NCBI RefSeq assembly: GCF_030144855.1 | Contig: NC_082722.1 | Location: 26,784,001-26,848,000 of the forward strand | Source of the DNA: Hypanus sabinus | Taxonomy: Eukaryota | DNA: 64,000 nt | Direction: 5' to 3' | In this document: positions 38,256 through 50,400 of the stretch, in pieces | Layout: each line of letters starts with the position of its first letter | Numbering within the stretch: the first letter of the stretch is position 1 | Program-made: the position numbers and the translations under genes | The notes under the pieces: generated by a model | Database searches by the model: none | The model's input: the letters and a program-made list of their open reading frames with translations, nothing else | What the model was told of the DNA's origin: nothing

Positions 38256-41200
38256 TTACGGTCTCAGCAAGAAATGGTGGAGCAGATCCCATCGTCAAAA
38301 TGTCCAGAATCTGCTCCTATATCTTATGGTGTTACAGTCTTATGGCTGATTGGCTTGATCTGCATTCTCGTTTTCTCGCCTACCTGTGACCCCTTCTGCC
38401 CACTTGCTGCTTGAAGATTTGCCTGATTGACGACTGGCTGGGTTAGATTTCCCGTCGCGAATCATTCATTGGCTTCGTTCATCGTCTTCACTTTGCTTCA
38501 CAAATCCCTCCGACCTTTCCACTTATAAATAATTTTTCAATTTCTACATTCAAGTAAAACTGCCGAATGACATATTTTATTATTAATTGACAGGATCGTT
38601 GTACTCGTATCTTTCTTATTCATTTCTCATCCACCGATGAAGAAAACACTCAAACAGCCGATTCTCATTTCCTTGAATTGCAAAGTCACAAAAACAGACC
38701 AATTCAGCAAGAAAATATGAAGTGCTAATAATATTTCCTAAAATGCGTTTCATAACCTGTTCATTGTCAGCTCACTTCACCGCCGTTACAACCATGTATC
38801 ATTATTTGCTAGCACTGTCGAATACCCTGCATACGAAATGAATAGAGCTTTCTAAAAATAATAGACAAGCACGAGAGTGCACGAAATTGTCAAACCCTCG
38901 TCTGGCAATTGTTTCTTAATGCACTCTGTGGAAAAGCAAATTTCAGAAGCAGTGGGTACAATGAATGTATATTTCTATATGTATGCCTCTTGGAGCGCCC
39001 TTTCAAGAATGAATATTACACATTTTAATAAATATTATTATGAAATGTATGCTTACTCCTTTTTCTCCTTTATCAATGTCTTAGATGTTACTTAATAGAT
39101 TCAAAAGGAGAAAAACGTTCAGGTCACAGAATGATGTGCACTAAATATTATAATTGTGCGGCCAGATGACTAAGTGACTCAATGGCAATACTGCAGCAGA
39201 CACCAAGAAATAAGTGATCCTAGCATCTCGTAAACATTCAGTGAATTGTGGTCACACCCACGCTGAAACATGTATATACAGGTATTGAATTCACTTGATA
39301 AAGCAACGCAGTGTTCAACTTAAATATAATAACAGCGAATAAAGTTGATGTGCCGTAAGGTAAGATTTGACTGTTTCGACTTGCTGGGCTGCGAAGGTGG
39401 AATTTGATTGTCCTGTAGGTTGGGGACTTCCGGCGTGGTATCTCAACGTAGATACAGGGTCCGTACCTTGCTTACAAAACGGAATGAAGGTGGGAGGGCA
39501 GTGAGTGACCATCTTTGTACTTTGCACTTCATAGATTGAACGTACAGAAGACAGATTGAAATATCATTGTTTATTCACAGCTTACCCTTTCTGCATGATG
39601 ATGAGAGGTATCATTTTTCCCCAACCAAATTATTACATTCTCCTCTGGACGAATCTCTATCGACGATTCTACATGAAGAGGTTTTCTCCAGAGAGGTGTT
39701 ATACTCGTCTGTAATTAACACAACGTGAAGCTTTAGTACAGCAAGATTCAGCTTACTATGATTCAAAGTAATATGTAAGCTTTGAATTAACTATAATACC
39801 CAAAATGTTGACAGTTGCAGGATGCATAAGACATCAATAATGTAGAAGGTTATGGACACAGCTCAGTTCATCCATAAACCAGCCTCCAATTTATGTAGTC
39901 TGTACACACTTGCCATCACTGTCCCCTCTGATCTGAGCGACTGCGCCCCCGCGTGGTAACTGAAGTACTCCCGCACACGTTGCTAATTTAATGTTAAAAT
40001 CTATGTAAATATAATTCTGAAATACCCAGTAATTAATTGTGTTGATGTATATAATCCATTTGTTTTCCAATTAATAAACATACCACAATCATTACCGTGT
40101 AACATTTTAGAGCTTCAACGTACTTATATGGTCAGTGATTCCAGTTTCAATGCTGTTAGATTTTGTCACAGTAAGCCCAGAATAGAACTCGGTAGATCAT
40201 TGTTAATAAACCGCCAGATCGTACATAATCCTTTTACAAGCCAATGCAAATTTCCTACTTGGAGCAATTGTTGGTCCGTGCTGCAGTTACAAATTAAGTA
40301 GGGAACGTTGCTTCCATACCCCTAAAAAAAGCAACCAGGCTAAACAAGAGCATATCGTCTTCCAAGGCTGATAAAGGGTCTCGACCCGAAACGTTGATTG
40401 TTTCATCTCTCCATATATCAGGGGTTTTCAAACTTTTTATGACATGGATCCCCACCATTAATAGAGGTTAGGAGCCCCTGTCAGAGATGACGCTTGGCCT
40501 GCTGAGTTCCTACAACATTTTGTGTTTGTTACTCTGAATTTCAGAATCTCTTGTGCTTATCATTTGTTCTGCCATTAGAAGTGACTAGATATACTGTAGG
40601 GATATTAGAAGTGTTGAGGCACAAAGGGATTTTAAGATGCACGTAACAATGACTCATCAGGATCCCGATAACAAGGCGTTTAGCCTCGTTGCCCTGTTGG
40701 CAGAATATAGACAGGAACTGGGACATGTACCAATGGACAATGGCTAGGCCGGTCATGGAGTGAAGTGCGCTATTCTGGTCACCACAGATAGCACGCAGTA
40801 GAGTTAGGACGATTGCAAAAGAGATTCTCTGGGACATTGCCTGGGATGAACGGCTTTAGTGGCTCGTAGATAGACATGGTCTGTTTTCTCTGGAGTACAG
40901 ATGACTGCGGGATAACCTAATGAATTTGAAAATAAAACAATTGTTGCGTACATTAATATGTTAGACGCTCATAGCCAATTTCTCAAGACAGACAATCGAA
41001 ATCTAGGAGACATAGTTGTGAACTGAGAGAGAAAATATTTAAAAGGGAACTGGGCACTGCATGGTTTTCAGACAGAGGGCGGCAGGTATACGTTAGAGGA
41101 AGTGGTACGTTGCCGGAGGCAGGTATAAGAATAGCTACGTAAATATTTCGTTCTGAATGGATGAAGAGGTTGGAAAAGCCCTTTTCCATGATGCACACCA

Positions 41201-42019
41201 GCATCCAATGTTTTCCTTCAGCTGATGATCTACAACAAACTGTTCGTTCAGGTTATCGGGAAATTACAGAGAACAGAGAATAGAAAGACACTATCGATCC
41301 CGCTGTTGATCTTATGGAAAGCCTTTGTGGTTAAAATTTACGCGTGTTTCAAAAATCAATTTGCGGACTGTTGGCTTTTTTTAAAGCTCCACGTTTAGGT
41401 TGCAGACAATGTCTTTTTTTCACATAATGTGGCTTCAAAGCCTCTTCCTCGCAACTAAATATTTCTCATGTATTTTCTGCGATATCCGTGTTTCGATTCT
41501 ACGGTGTGTGCATTCTGAAAAGGGAATAATAAGAAGCTTCATCACAAAGTTAAATAAAATAGAGTTTTAAATTTTAATCTTTAAGCCTATCGGTTGCTGA
41601 CAGTATTCCTAGCGTGAACGGTTACATCATTAGCGCCTATTTGGAGAATGATTGCGGTTTGTTTCCATTTAAGACTGAGAATTATGAAATGTGTTCGGAT
41701 ATTGACGTTAGATCGCACAGTAAAACAAATAAGTGGCCGTTCTATGAATAAAATGATATTATTTGTGTAATTAATTTCACAGCCGAGATAGATTCTAGAC
41801 TGACATAGCGATGAAAATGACTTTGAAGTGTTGTCACACTTGTACTAAAATAGCTAAAGACATCAGTTTGTTTCGAATCAAAAATATTAATCTAAACGGA
41901 ATGAAGACAGATTAAAAATTGTAGCTTCATCATTCCATTCAGGGCCACGAACAGTGAGTCAACACTTCACCTGCGAATCGGCTAGGGCTGTGTGTTTTAG
42001 CCAGAGCTACCGATGCGGC

Positions 42020-42710
42020 CTCTGCATTGGTGAGACGCGTCGTTAACTGGGACCCACTTTTTCAAGCATCTCCAGTTCATCACAAAACGCGTGCTGGATT
42101 TTCTAGTAGCCGATTATTTTGATTCTGTCCATACAGTTTCCGACAGGACGATTCATATCCTCTTCTGAGGCCTTCATGAGGCTACTCTCAGGGTGGGCGA
42201 GCAACCCTTGGGATTCAGTCCAGGTATCCTCCAACCCGAGGACACGAGCATCGACTTCTCCTTCAACTATTTTTCCCTCCCACGTCTCTCTTTTGCTCCC
42301 AACTCTTGTCCTCTTCTCTGCTCTCATGCCGATAACTTTCCCTTCTGTCCCACCTCCGTCCTTTTCCCCCGTAGTCTGCTCTCCTTTCCAAAAAGACTCC
42401 TTATTCTCCAACCTTTTGCATTTTTAACCTCTTACCTCCCAACTTCTTGAGTCATCCCACCGCCCAGCTGCACAAGCTCCTCTCCTACAACCCATCAAAG
42501 CCCATTTAACCTGGCTTCACCAATCACTTTCTAATTTGTCTTTCTTTTCACCGTCATTTTATTCTGCAAGCTTCCCTCCTAATTTCTAAATCTAATGAAG
42601 GGACTCAACCGAAACGTTGACCGTTCATTAATTTCCATGGATGCTGCCTGGTCTGCTGAGTTCACATTGTGTGTGTTGCTCTGGATTTCCAGTATATGCA
42701 GAATCTTTTG
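42020..42710 (+). mobile_element. Penelope-like element 3' fragment
   Basis: EQPLGFSPGILQPEDTSIDFS plus terminal repeat; paralogous to 11560-12330. Confidence 0.7.
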
Positions 42711-43300
42711 CGTTACTGTTATTAATGCTCTTTTACAGTCCTTTGAAAAATATTCGATCTTCGCTGAAAATGGGAACACTGGGAGCTAAAGGTGATGTGC
42801 TGTGTCTGATGGGGAATTGCTTCGATTGCTGCCGCTGAGAGGAGGGAAGAAGGGGCACACGGCATGCTGAAATCTGTTTAGTCTTGGACTTAACAACTCG
42901 CTGTGTTTTCAAAGACTTGGATGAAGTAATTCAAGACCATGAGGATGGATATAAGTTTAGATACCATAGTAACTTCTGGATAACAACAGAAAGATTTTCA
43001 AAAAAACAAACGATGTCCGCAAAAAATAGAGGAAATGTGGAGATTAACAGTTAGTTAATCATAGAGAGAGAGGGAAAGCGAAACATATCTAACATTTCTG
43101 TTTGATCGCCCAGTGAATGTTCGTACACTAAGGGATTGATGTTGTTTCCCACTCATTGATAATCCCGACACTACCGAACACTTTTCTCATTATAGTACAG
43201 GTACAGTGGTATTTGCAATCCTTGCAACATGCCTGTAAGTACCTTTTAACTATGACAACACTCCTGGATGGCTGCGGAAAAATTTTATGTGATAAGCTCG

Positions 43301-45440
43301 TGTCACGTACCTCTTGACAGGGTCAGCAAACCAGCAGAAATGGAATGTACAGTGGCGTTTTCTGGTACTGTAACTAAAGGTGTTTATTAATAAACTAAGT
43401 GATACAGTATCAAAAATGCAAATATACATATAAAGCAGGTTAGCAATGATAAATACAGAAGTGTAGGAATAAGAATCAAGACCAAGCACTGTCGTAGTCT
43501 TGGGGTAAACGATTAGTCTTAAGCTAATGCAGAGTTCAGTACAGTTCAGTTTAGGTTGAGGTACTTGCTGTTGTGACGTTGGGGGGGGGGGGGGAAAGAG
43601 AGAGAGAGCGATGAGCAGCTGCAGCAGGCAAACCGTCCGTTGTCCTCTTGTTCCGTTGTACTGATGTGGTCATTCGGTTATGACCCCTCCGTTCTCGGCT
43701 AGACCATTTTTCCGTGAGGCACTTGTCACTCTAGCGTGAGTGGACACACACACTCAAGCTCCCACCGGTCCTGCAGTCATGCTGTGAGCTTCGTGACCGA
43801 TCTTCCGATTCGGTCCTCCAAGCCACCACCTTCCTATGGGTTCACAACACTCACAGTGTCTCGTGGCGTGCCTGTCGGCCTCTCAGCAGACCCGTCCTTT
43901 AACTCTCCATCGGGGTACCAGCCATCAATCAACTCTATGTCCATCAAACTGGCCACTTCCCCCTGTCTCAGCAGGCACCTGTCATCACTCGGCCGTGTCA
44001 GCAGAAATCCACACAAACAGGCCAAACGTCCTTGGCGTTAAAATCAACAATTAGCGAAGAAGTCAAAATACTAATTCATCCATTTTAATCCTTGTCTCTC
44101 TCTCTCCCATCTGCAACAGGATGCCTCCACCCCCTTCATCTCTCTCTCTCGTTAGCAGCATAGTTCACAGGGGGGTCAACTCCGGACCCTATCTTCAACT
44201 TTTTTTCTCATCACACATAACACACCCACCCTTAAAAGAATATTTTCCGGGGGCAAAATTCAATAGTAAGGCACATTACAGAGTCTAATATAATACAGAA
44301 GTAGTCATTAACTAACAGAGTAACACAGATATACTTTCAAATCTAACACCGCGATAAACAGTGAGCAATTACATTGTCAGTCCCCTTTGCATGTTGTATT
44401 TTAAAGTCAAATTATTTTAACAACAGACTCCAACTTAATAACTGTCTATATTTATTCTTTATGTTAGTCAAAAATACCAATGGGTTGTGATCAGTATAAA
44501 CTATCAATGGCTTCTGTGCCGGAGAAATGTGAACATCAAAATGCTGTAACGTCAGAATAAGTGACAGCAATTCTTTTCCTACAGTCGAATAATTTATCAG
44601 GTGTACATTGAACGTCCTAGAGAGATAAGCCGCTGGGTGTTCAATTTCGTCCCCAGCTCTCTGCAGTAGGACTGCCCCTGCAGCCTCGTCACTTCCGTCG
44701 GTTGCCAGGGAGAAGGGTTGGCAAGTATTGCTCCACACAAAATTTTCATTTTTTTCAAGAGCTTTGTAAGAGGGAGGGCAATATCCACAAAGTTCTTACA
44801 AAATTTCCGATAGCACCCCACCGTTCCCAGAATATTTCTCAGTGCCCTCTTAACAGTCGGAACGGAACTTTCAGAAATAACCTGTATTTTCGCCTGCACA
44901 GGGACCAGCTGCCCCTGTTCTACCACATGCCACAGGTACGTGAACGTGGCATGGCCGAACTCACTTTTGGCGAGGTTCACTGTGAGATTGGCTGCAGACA
45001 TCTGTTTAACCAGTTCCTACACAGCCTCGATGTGCTCGTCTCACGTATCACTCCAAACCACTAAGTCGTCAATGTAAGCCCCTGTGTTCTTTAACCCTTT
45101 ATTCACTGAGTCAATCATTCTCTGAAATTTTCCTGGAGCGAATTTCATTCCAAAAGGCAGTACATTATACTCATATAACCCTGATGGAGTGACAAATGAT
45201 GAAATTTCTCGAGCCCTGTCAGTCAAAGGAACACAGCAGCATCCTTTTAGCAAGTCAATCTTGGTGATGTATCTGGCTTTACCCACTTTATCAATGCAAT
45301 CATCCACCCTTGGGATAGGGTAAGCATCAGGCTTGGTGATGGCATTTACCTTCTTGCAATCTTTACAAAACCTTACACTACCAACTGGCTTCGGGACAAC
45401 CACGCATGAAGATGCCTACGCTGAGCAAGATTCTTGGATA
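43301..45440 (-). mobile_element. Ty3/Gypsy LTR retrotransposon 3' half (RT-RNase H-PPT-LTR), Gmr1-like
   Basis: RT motifs DAYPIPRVDD, LPFGMK and YIDDL; RNase H ATDGS...KELL...YTDHNPL ending IQHAKGTDNVIAHCLSRC* near 44344. Purine tract at 44223-44233 adjoins a TG...CA LTR at 43301-44222. Confidence 0.88.
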
Positions 45441-46749
45441 ATACCTACATGTTAAGTACACCACTAATTGCAGGCGGTCAGTCTTGATATCAAATTTCCA
45501 CTGTCACCGTTTGACTCCCTTTACTAAACCTATGTTCTGTTCTTGTGCTCAGGTTGCTAGTTCACCCTGGATCTCATGTCATCTACCTTTCTATGTAAGT
45601 CTGTCATACGGGAGCTTGCAAAAGTCAATGAAGGACCAGTCCAGTTGCTGCACTCAGCAATTTTCTTCATCACCACTTCAAAACAACTCGATCAATTTTG
45701 TTAGATGAGATTCCACATGGCAAATCTATGTTACGGACACTATTTCAACTTTTGTCTTTCCAAATTGCGATAGATTCTCTCTCTCTCCGATCCAGTCCAG
45801 TATGCCCCCACGCACAGATGTTCGGCTCGCCACCTTCAACTCTCCTTTTGCCCCTGCAGATCTTCTTAAATAAACGCAAATTGGCCACTCTCCAGAGCTG
45901 CGGCAACACAATCCTAATTAAAGATGATGCTGATAGTTTTGCAATAGGCCTTACAATTTCTCCTGTAGCTTCTCACAATGTCAAAAGTTACACTTGATCA
46001 GGTGCCGTATGTTCATCAAATGGACTGTGTATACGCCGTGAGCACCCCGTTACCCCCACGTCTCCATTTTTTCTCGTGTGCATTTGTTAAAAGAATAATG
46101 TATTTTCCCCTAAATCCCTTCGCTTCCCGGATTTTCACCACAGTGAACTAATAATTTACAACTTCGTCATCGTGATTTTTCAGTCACTATTTCCTCATTT
46201 CCTCTTACTTTATATTCAGAAGTTGTATAATGCTACCTTAGTGCTCTCATGATTTCAGGTGAACTGTAATACAGCTCTTACTTCTGTCGGGAATTGCTTG
46301 AACCCGTTTCCTATAGATGGTGCAAGTCTCCTTTCACTGAAAGAATATCTCATTATCCTTGAGAACCTGGATTCTCTTATCCTGTTGTTCTTCCCATTCT
46401 CCTGTCCAGTATCACTCATGCATATTAGTGGCAGTTAATAGTGGGTATCGCCTTGAAGTAAGAGAACAAAAAAATAAATGAGATTGCGAGCAATTACATG
46501 ACGTCGAGAATGGAAGGCGGCTTGGCAGTGCTACATCAATGTGTTGATTGGTTCACAATAGTTAACGGATATTCAAACATGTCCATGAGGAGGCAACAAA
46601 AAAAACGCTGTAGACCACGTCTGATCATTTATAATTATTACTGATACAGACATCATTGTTAGAAAGACATTTCCTGTGCTGTACTAGAATTACTTAACGG
46701 TTAAGAATCAATAACGAGCTGTGACTTTTATAATTTAGACGTAGTGAAC

Positions 46750-47260
46750 CGGGAAGGACTGGAACACAGGAAACTACCAGTGCGAATTCGGAACGGCCAT
46801 AAGGCGTTATGTGGAAGTAGTAAAGGACTAAATGAGACGCAATCTGATAGGAAAGGACATTGGACCATTAGAGAAAGTGAAGGACGAGCAGCAGCGAAGC
46901 TAGGTGAGGGGAACCGAAGGGATAAATGGAGACGCAGAATGGCAAATGTATGAGAGAAATTATTGAAAGTTAGAGAAATCCGTGTACATATCAGCAGATT
47001 AGAGGCTACCGAGACGGAATATAAATCCAGCTATCAAATGCCATCACCTTATGTCCTCCTCCCGCCACTAATCAGCTGCCAGCTTATACGCGTTTCCCTC
47101 CCCTATATCCTTTTTGTGGCTTCTTCCCCCTTCCTTTGCAATCATGAAGAAGGATCTTACCCCGAATCATCAACTTTTTGTTTCTCATCATTGATGCTGA
47201 GCCCCGCTAGCGTTTCTCTGTATTTTTCGTGATTTCCTGTATCTGCAGCATTTCCTATAA
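46750..47260 (+). mobile_element. Old Penelope-like fragment upstream of the gene C leader
   Basis: Degenerate family terminus (CCTGTATCTGCAGCATTT); counterpart near 7560-7850 upstream of gene A. Confidence 0.4.
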
Positions 47261-47366
47261 TCAAGGCATCTACGTAGCCTTAACCATGTGACTACATAAA
47301 TAATGATCACTTGATTATTGCATCCGATGAATTTCTATCTTTTCAGACACAGCACTCTCATTAGCA

Positions 47367-47421
47367 ATGACGGTGGATGCAAACGTTTGGCCCGTGGTTC
47401 TTCTCGTCGCGTTTTGGCCAG
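47367..47421 (+). CDS. Gene C leader exon
   Basis: MTVDANVWPVVLLVAFWP, donor G|GTACAC; paralogous to 7244-7298. Confidence 0.85.
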
Positions 47422-50400
47422 GTACACTTAAACTTTCGTGCTCATTCTACGAAACAAATATGTTATAACATTATACATTTGCTACCCGCAGCAAATTCAG
47501 CTATACCAAATATTCATTTTGCTGCCTATTTTTGTCTGTTGATTCTTTGTACAGTGAATACAACTGTAATAATCATTTTCACTTATGCTTTGTCAGCGTC
47601 AAAAGGAACTTCGGCCAAAGTGGAACAATTCCCTCAAACTTTAAATGTCTCAATCGGTGGCAAAGTATCCATCTTCTGCAAATTTCCATTACTACAGGAT
47701 ACTGCTGAAGTGTCATGGTGGAAGGACGGTCAGAACACATTTTTAGAACCAGACAGCAGAAATCAGTTCAATGTAAAGAAAGGCAGGGGCACATTTACCC
47801 TCCTGAATGTGAGATATGCAGATGTCGGCGTGTATTACTGTCAAGTGAAAAGTCAACAACAAATATTGGGATATGGAAGTGGCTCTCGGATTATTGTGTT
47901 AAGTAAGTGTCGTTATTCCTGAAAGTGGAGAATTTTCATCTCTTAGCATTTTAGAATAAGTTAGGATTGCGGTAATATTGTGAAATGGTGTTGCTGGTTT
48001 AGAATTTGTGCCACTAATCTGCTTTACCTCTTTAAGAGAAAGGAAAAGATCATTATAGATCTTTTCGGATTGTTTTGTTTATTATTTTGACGTGATTCTG
48101 GAGATTACTTTTTGCTCCAATTATTGTTTAGACCATTGATATTTCCAACCATACTTTTGTTATGTCTGTATTCCTACACAACCACCGTGTCCCCACCTTG
48201 ACCTATTCCTCAAACAGTCATAACAGCTTTATCAATCAAATGTTTTAAACAGCTGATGAACTGAACCACCTAATTTTTAGACGTCGAATTTGATTCGGGT
48301 TAACTAGGGAGCTGTAGACAGATTGTGTTGAAGGACAAATCACAAGCCATCTAATTCAAAGCGAAGCATTTCCAAGGTTAAACGACATCCGCCGTTCTTC
48401 AGCCTGTTTTAATAATACCACGTCACGACGAATTTCTCCGATTTCGACCCTGCAGTTGCTGAAACGCATAGCTACAAGTATTTATAAGTAATTAACAAAC
48501 ATCGTTCACTCTGCCAAACTCTCGATGAAATTTTGGGGAACGTGGAACATCGAAAACCCGTAATCAACTATTCAGTAAATTCACAGAGGAATATATTCAC
48601 CTTCCATCTAAAGCCCAAAAGCAAACAAAGCCACTTCATTAATGTCAGTTACGGGACGAGTGCGTAAAACCTACACAGTAAGAAACACATCTTGTTACGT
48701 GTGCTGCTCTACAGTGCCGATCCAATTAAAACCAGCATAGTTATGCGGATTCACTGCCTCTCATTTTGCGTTCATACAAAATTTACCTTGTAAGTGGTCA
48801 ACTGTAAAATTAATCTTGTAAGAGCAGAGTTAGGAACAACAGTAGCCAGTTTGAAGAAGAAATAAAGTCAATCCGAGCTCGCGCTAAGACTGCTGCGTTT
48901 ATTCCAAACAGGCATTCTTTCCCCACCTGTCACAAGCACATCGGCTTTGTCATGTTTACCTGCCCCCTGAAACAATTAAAAAATGACAAACTGAGGCGAT
49001 TTTAAACGGCCGCATTGATAACAATTGAGAATGGTAGCGTGAGACGGAGTGTATGTGCGATCAAATTCTAGTTAAATATTCTATGTCCGTTTTATTCTTT
49101 TGTAGCTCCACCAACTCCGCTGAAAATCATTCATGTTGAAGAAACATCATCTAAACCCCGGAAACTCATGTGTAAAACTGCAGCATTTTATCCGAAAAAA
49201 ATCGACATCTTTTGGCGAAGAAATAATATGGAAATTCTAACCAAAATAGAAACGTCAATAAATGAGAATTCAGAAGGGCTTTTTGAGGCTTCCAGTACTT
49301 TGGAAGATGCGCAGCCTGCTCAGGGGAAAGTGGTTTACACCTGTCTGGTAAATCACGAAACGCTAGAAATTCCTGCTATTATCAGCTATGTAATTGAACA
49401 AGGTAAGGCCGGAAGCATTTAAAGCAAACTCCAACCTGAATGAGAATATGCCTGGCGAGCTGTACAAACACAAAAAAGAAAATATGAAATCTCATTTCTT
49501 TTTCCACTGTTGTTGTGGATAGGGTTTTTTTTAAAATAAGTAGCATGGGGGTTGGTTCAGCAGTTTGGCGAAGTATCGATAAAGATGAAGTAAACGCAAA
49601 AGTTGGAAAAAGAGAATAGTAAGGGTGGAATGCAGAAAAGTCAGGTAATACGGATGGATAGGCACGAAGGGAAGGGAGATGTGGAAGCATTCTCAATTAA
49701 AGATGAGATCAGTGAGAAGCGATATAAGATCTCAGGAGCAAAATGCAGAATCATCTGTGTAGAGATTAGGAATAGTAATGCAATAAAGGAAGGAAAGATC
49801 AATTATGGATTTACAGAAGTCTTTCGATAAAGTGCCACATAAAAGACCTATCCATACGATAAGAATACATAGAGTTGGGGGTGATATGTTAACATGGATG
49901 GAGAAATGTCTAGCAAGTAAAAAGCAGACAGTTGGGATACATCGGTGTTCCTCTGGATGGCAATCAGTGGTGTACCCAAGATTGCTGTTGAAACTAAATT
50001 GAGTGGACAAAAAATTGTGCAGAGGATATAAATAGACTGCAGAGAGAAATAGACATTTTAAGTGAGTGGGCAAGCGTCTGGCAGATGGAGTATAATGTTG
50101 GTAAATGCGAGGTCATCTACATTGGAAGGAAACATCAAGATCAAATTATTATTTAAGTGGTTGCAGCATACTTCTGTACTGGGAGTACTTGTGCATGAAT
50201 CGTAAAAGGTTGGTTCGGTGTTGCACTAGGGTATCAAGAAGGTAAATGGATTGATTGTTTTCTTTGCTAGAGGGACTGAATGTAAGAGCAAGGAAGTTAC
50301 GCTGCAGTAGTATAGGGTACTAATGAGGCCATAGCTAAAATATTGCGTGCAGTGCTGGTGTTGAGGAAGGATAGACTGTTGACAGTGCAGAGGACGTTCA

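Noticed and set aside
46498-46552. CRE-like TGACGTCG and CCAAT-like ATTGG upstream of gene C
   Set aside because: Not conserved in the paralogous sequence upstream of gene A (about 8330-8390).
6752-47902. Rearranging Ig/TCR locus or recombination signal sequences
   Set aside because: The J-like motif is inside the V exon. The CACAGTG heptamers I saw (about 16667, 43853, 46140) are not next to V exons and lack an obvious nonamer; two lie in repeats.
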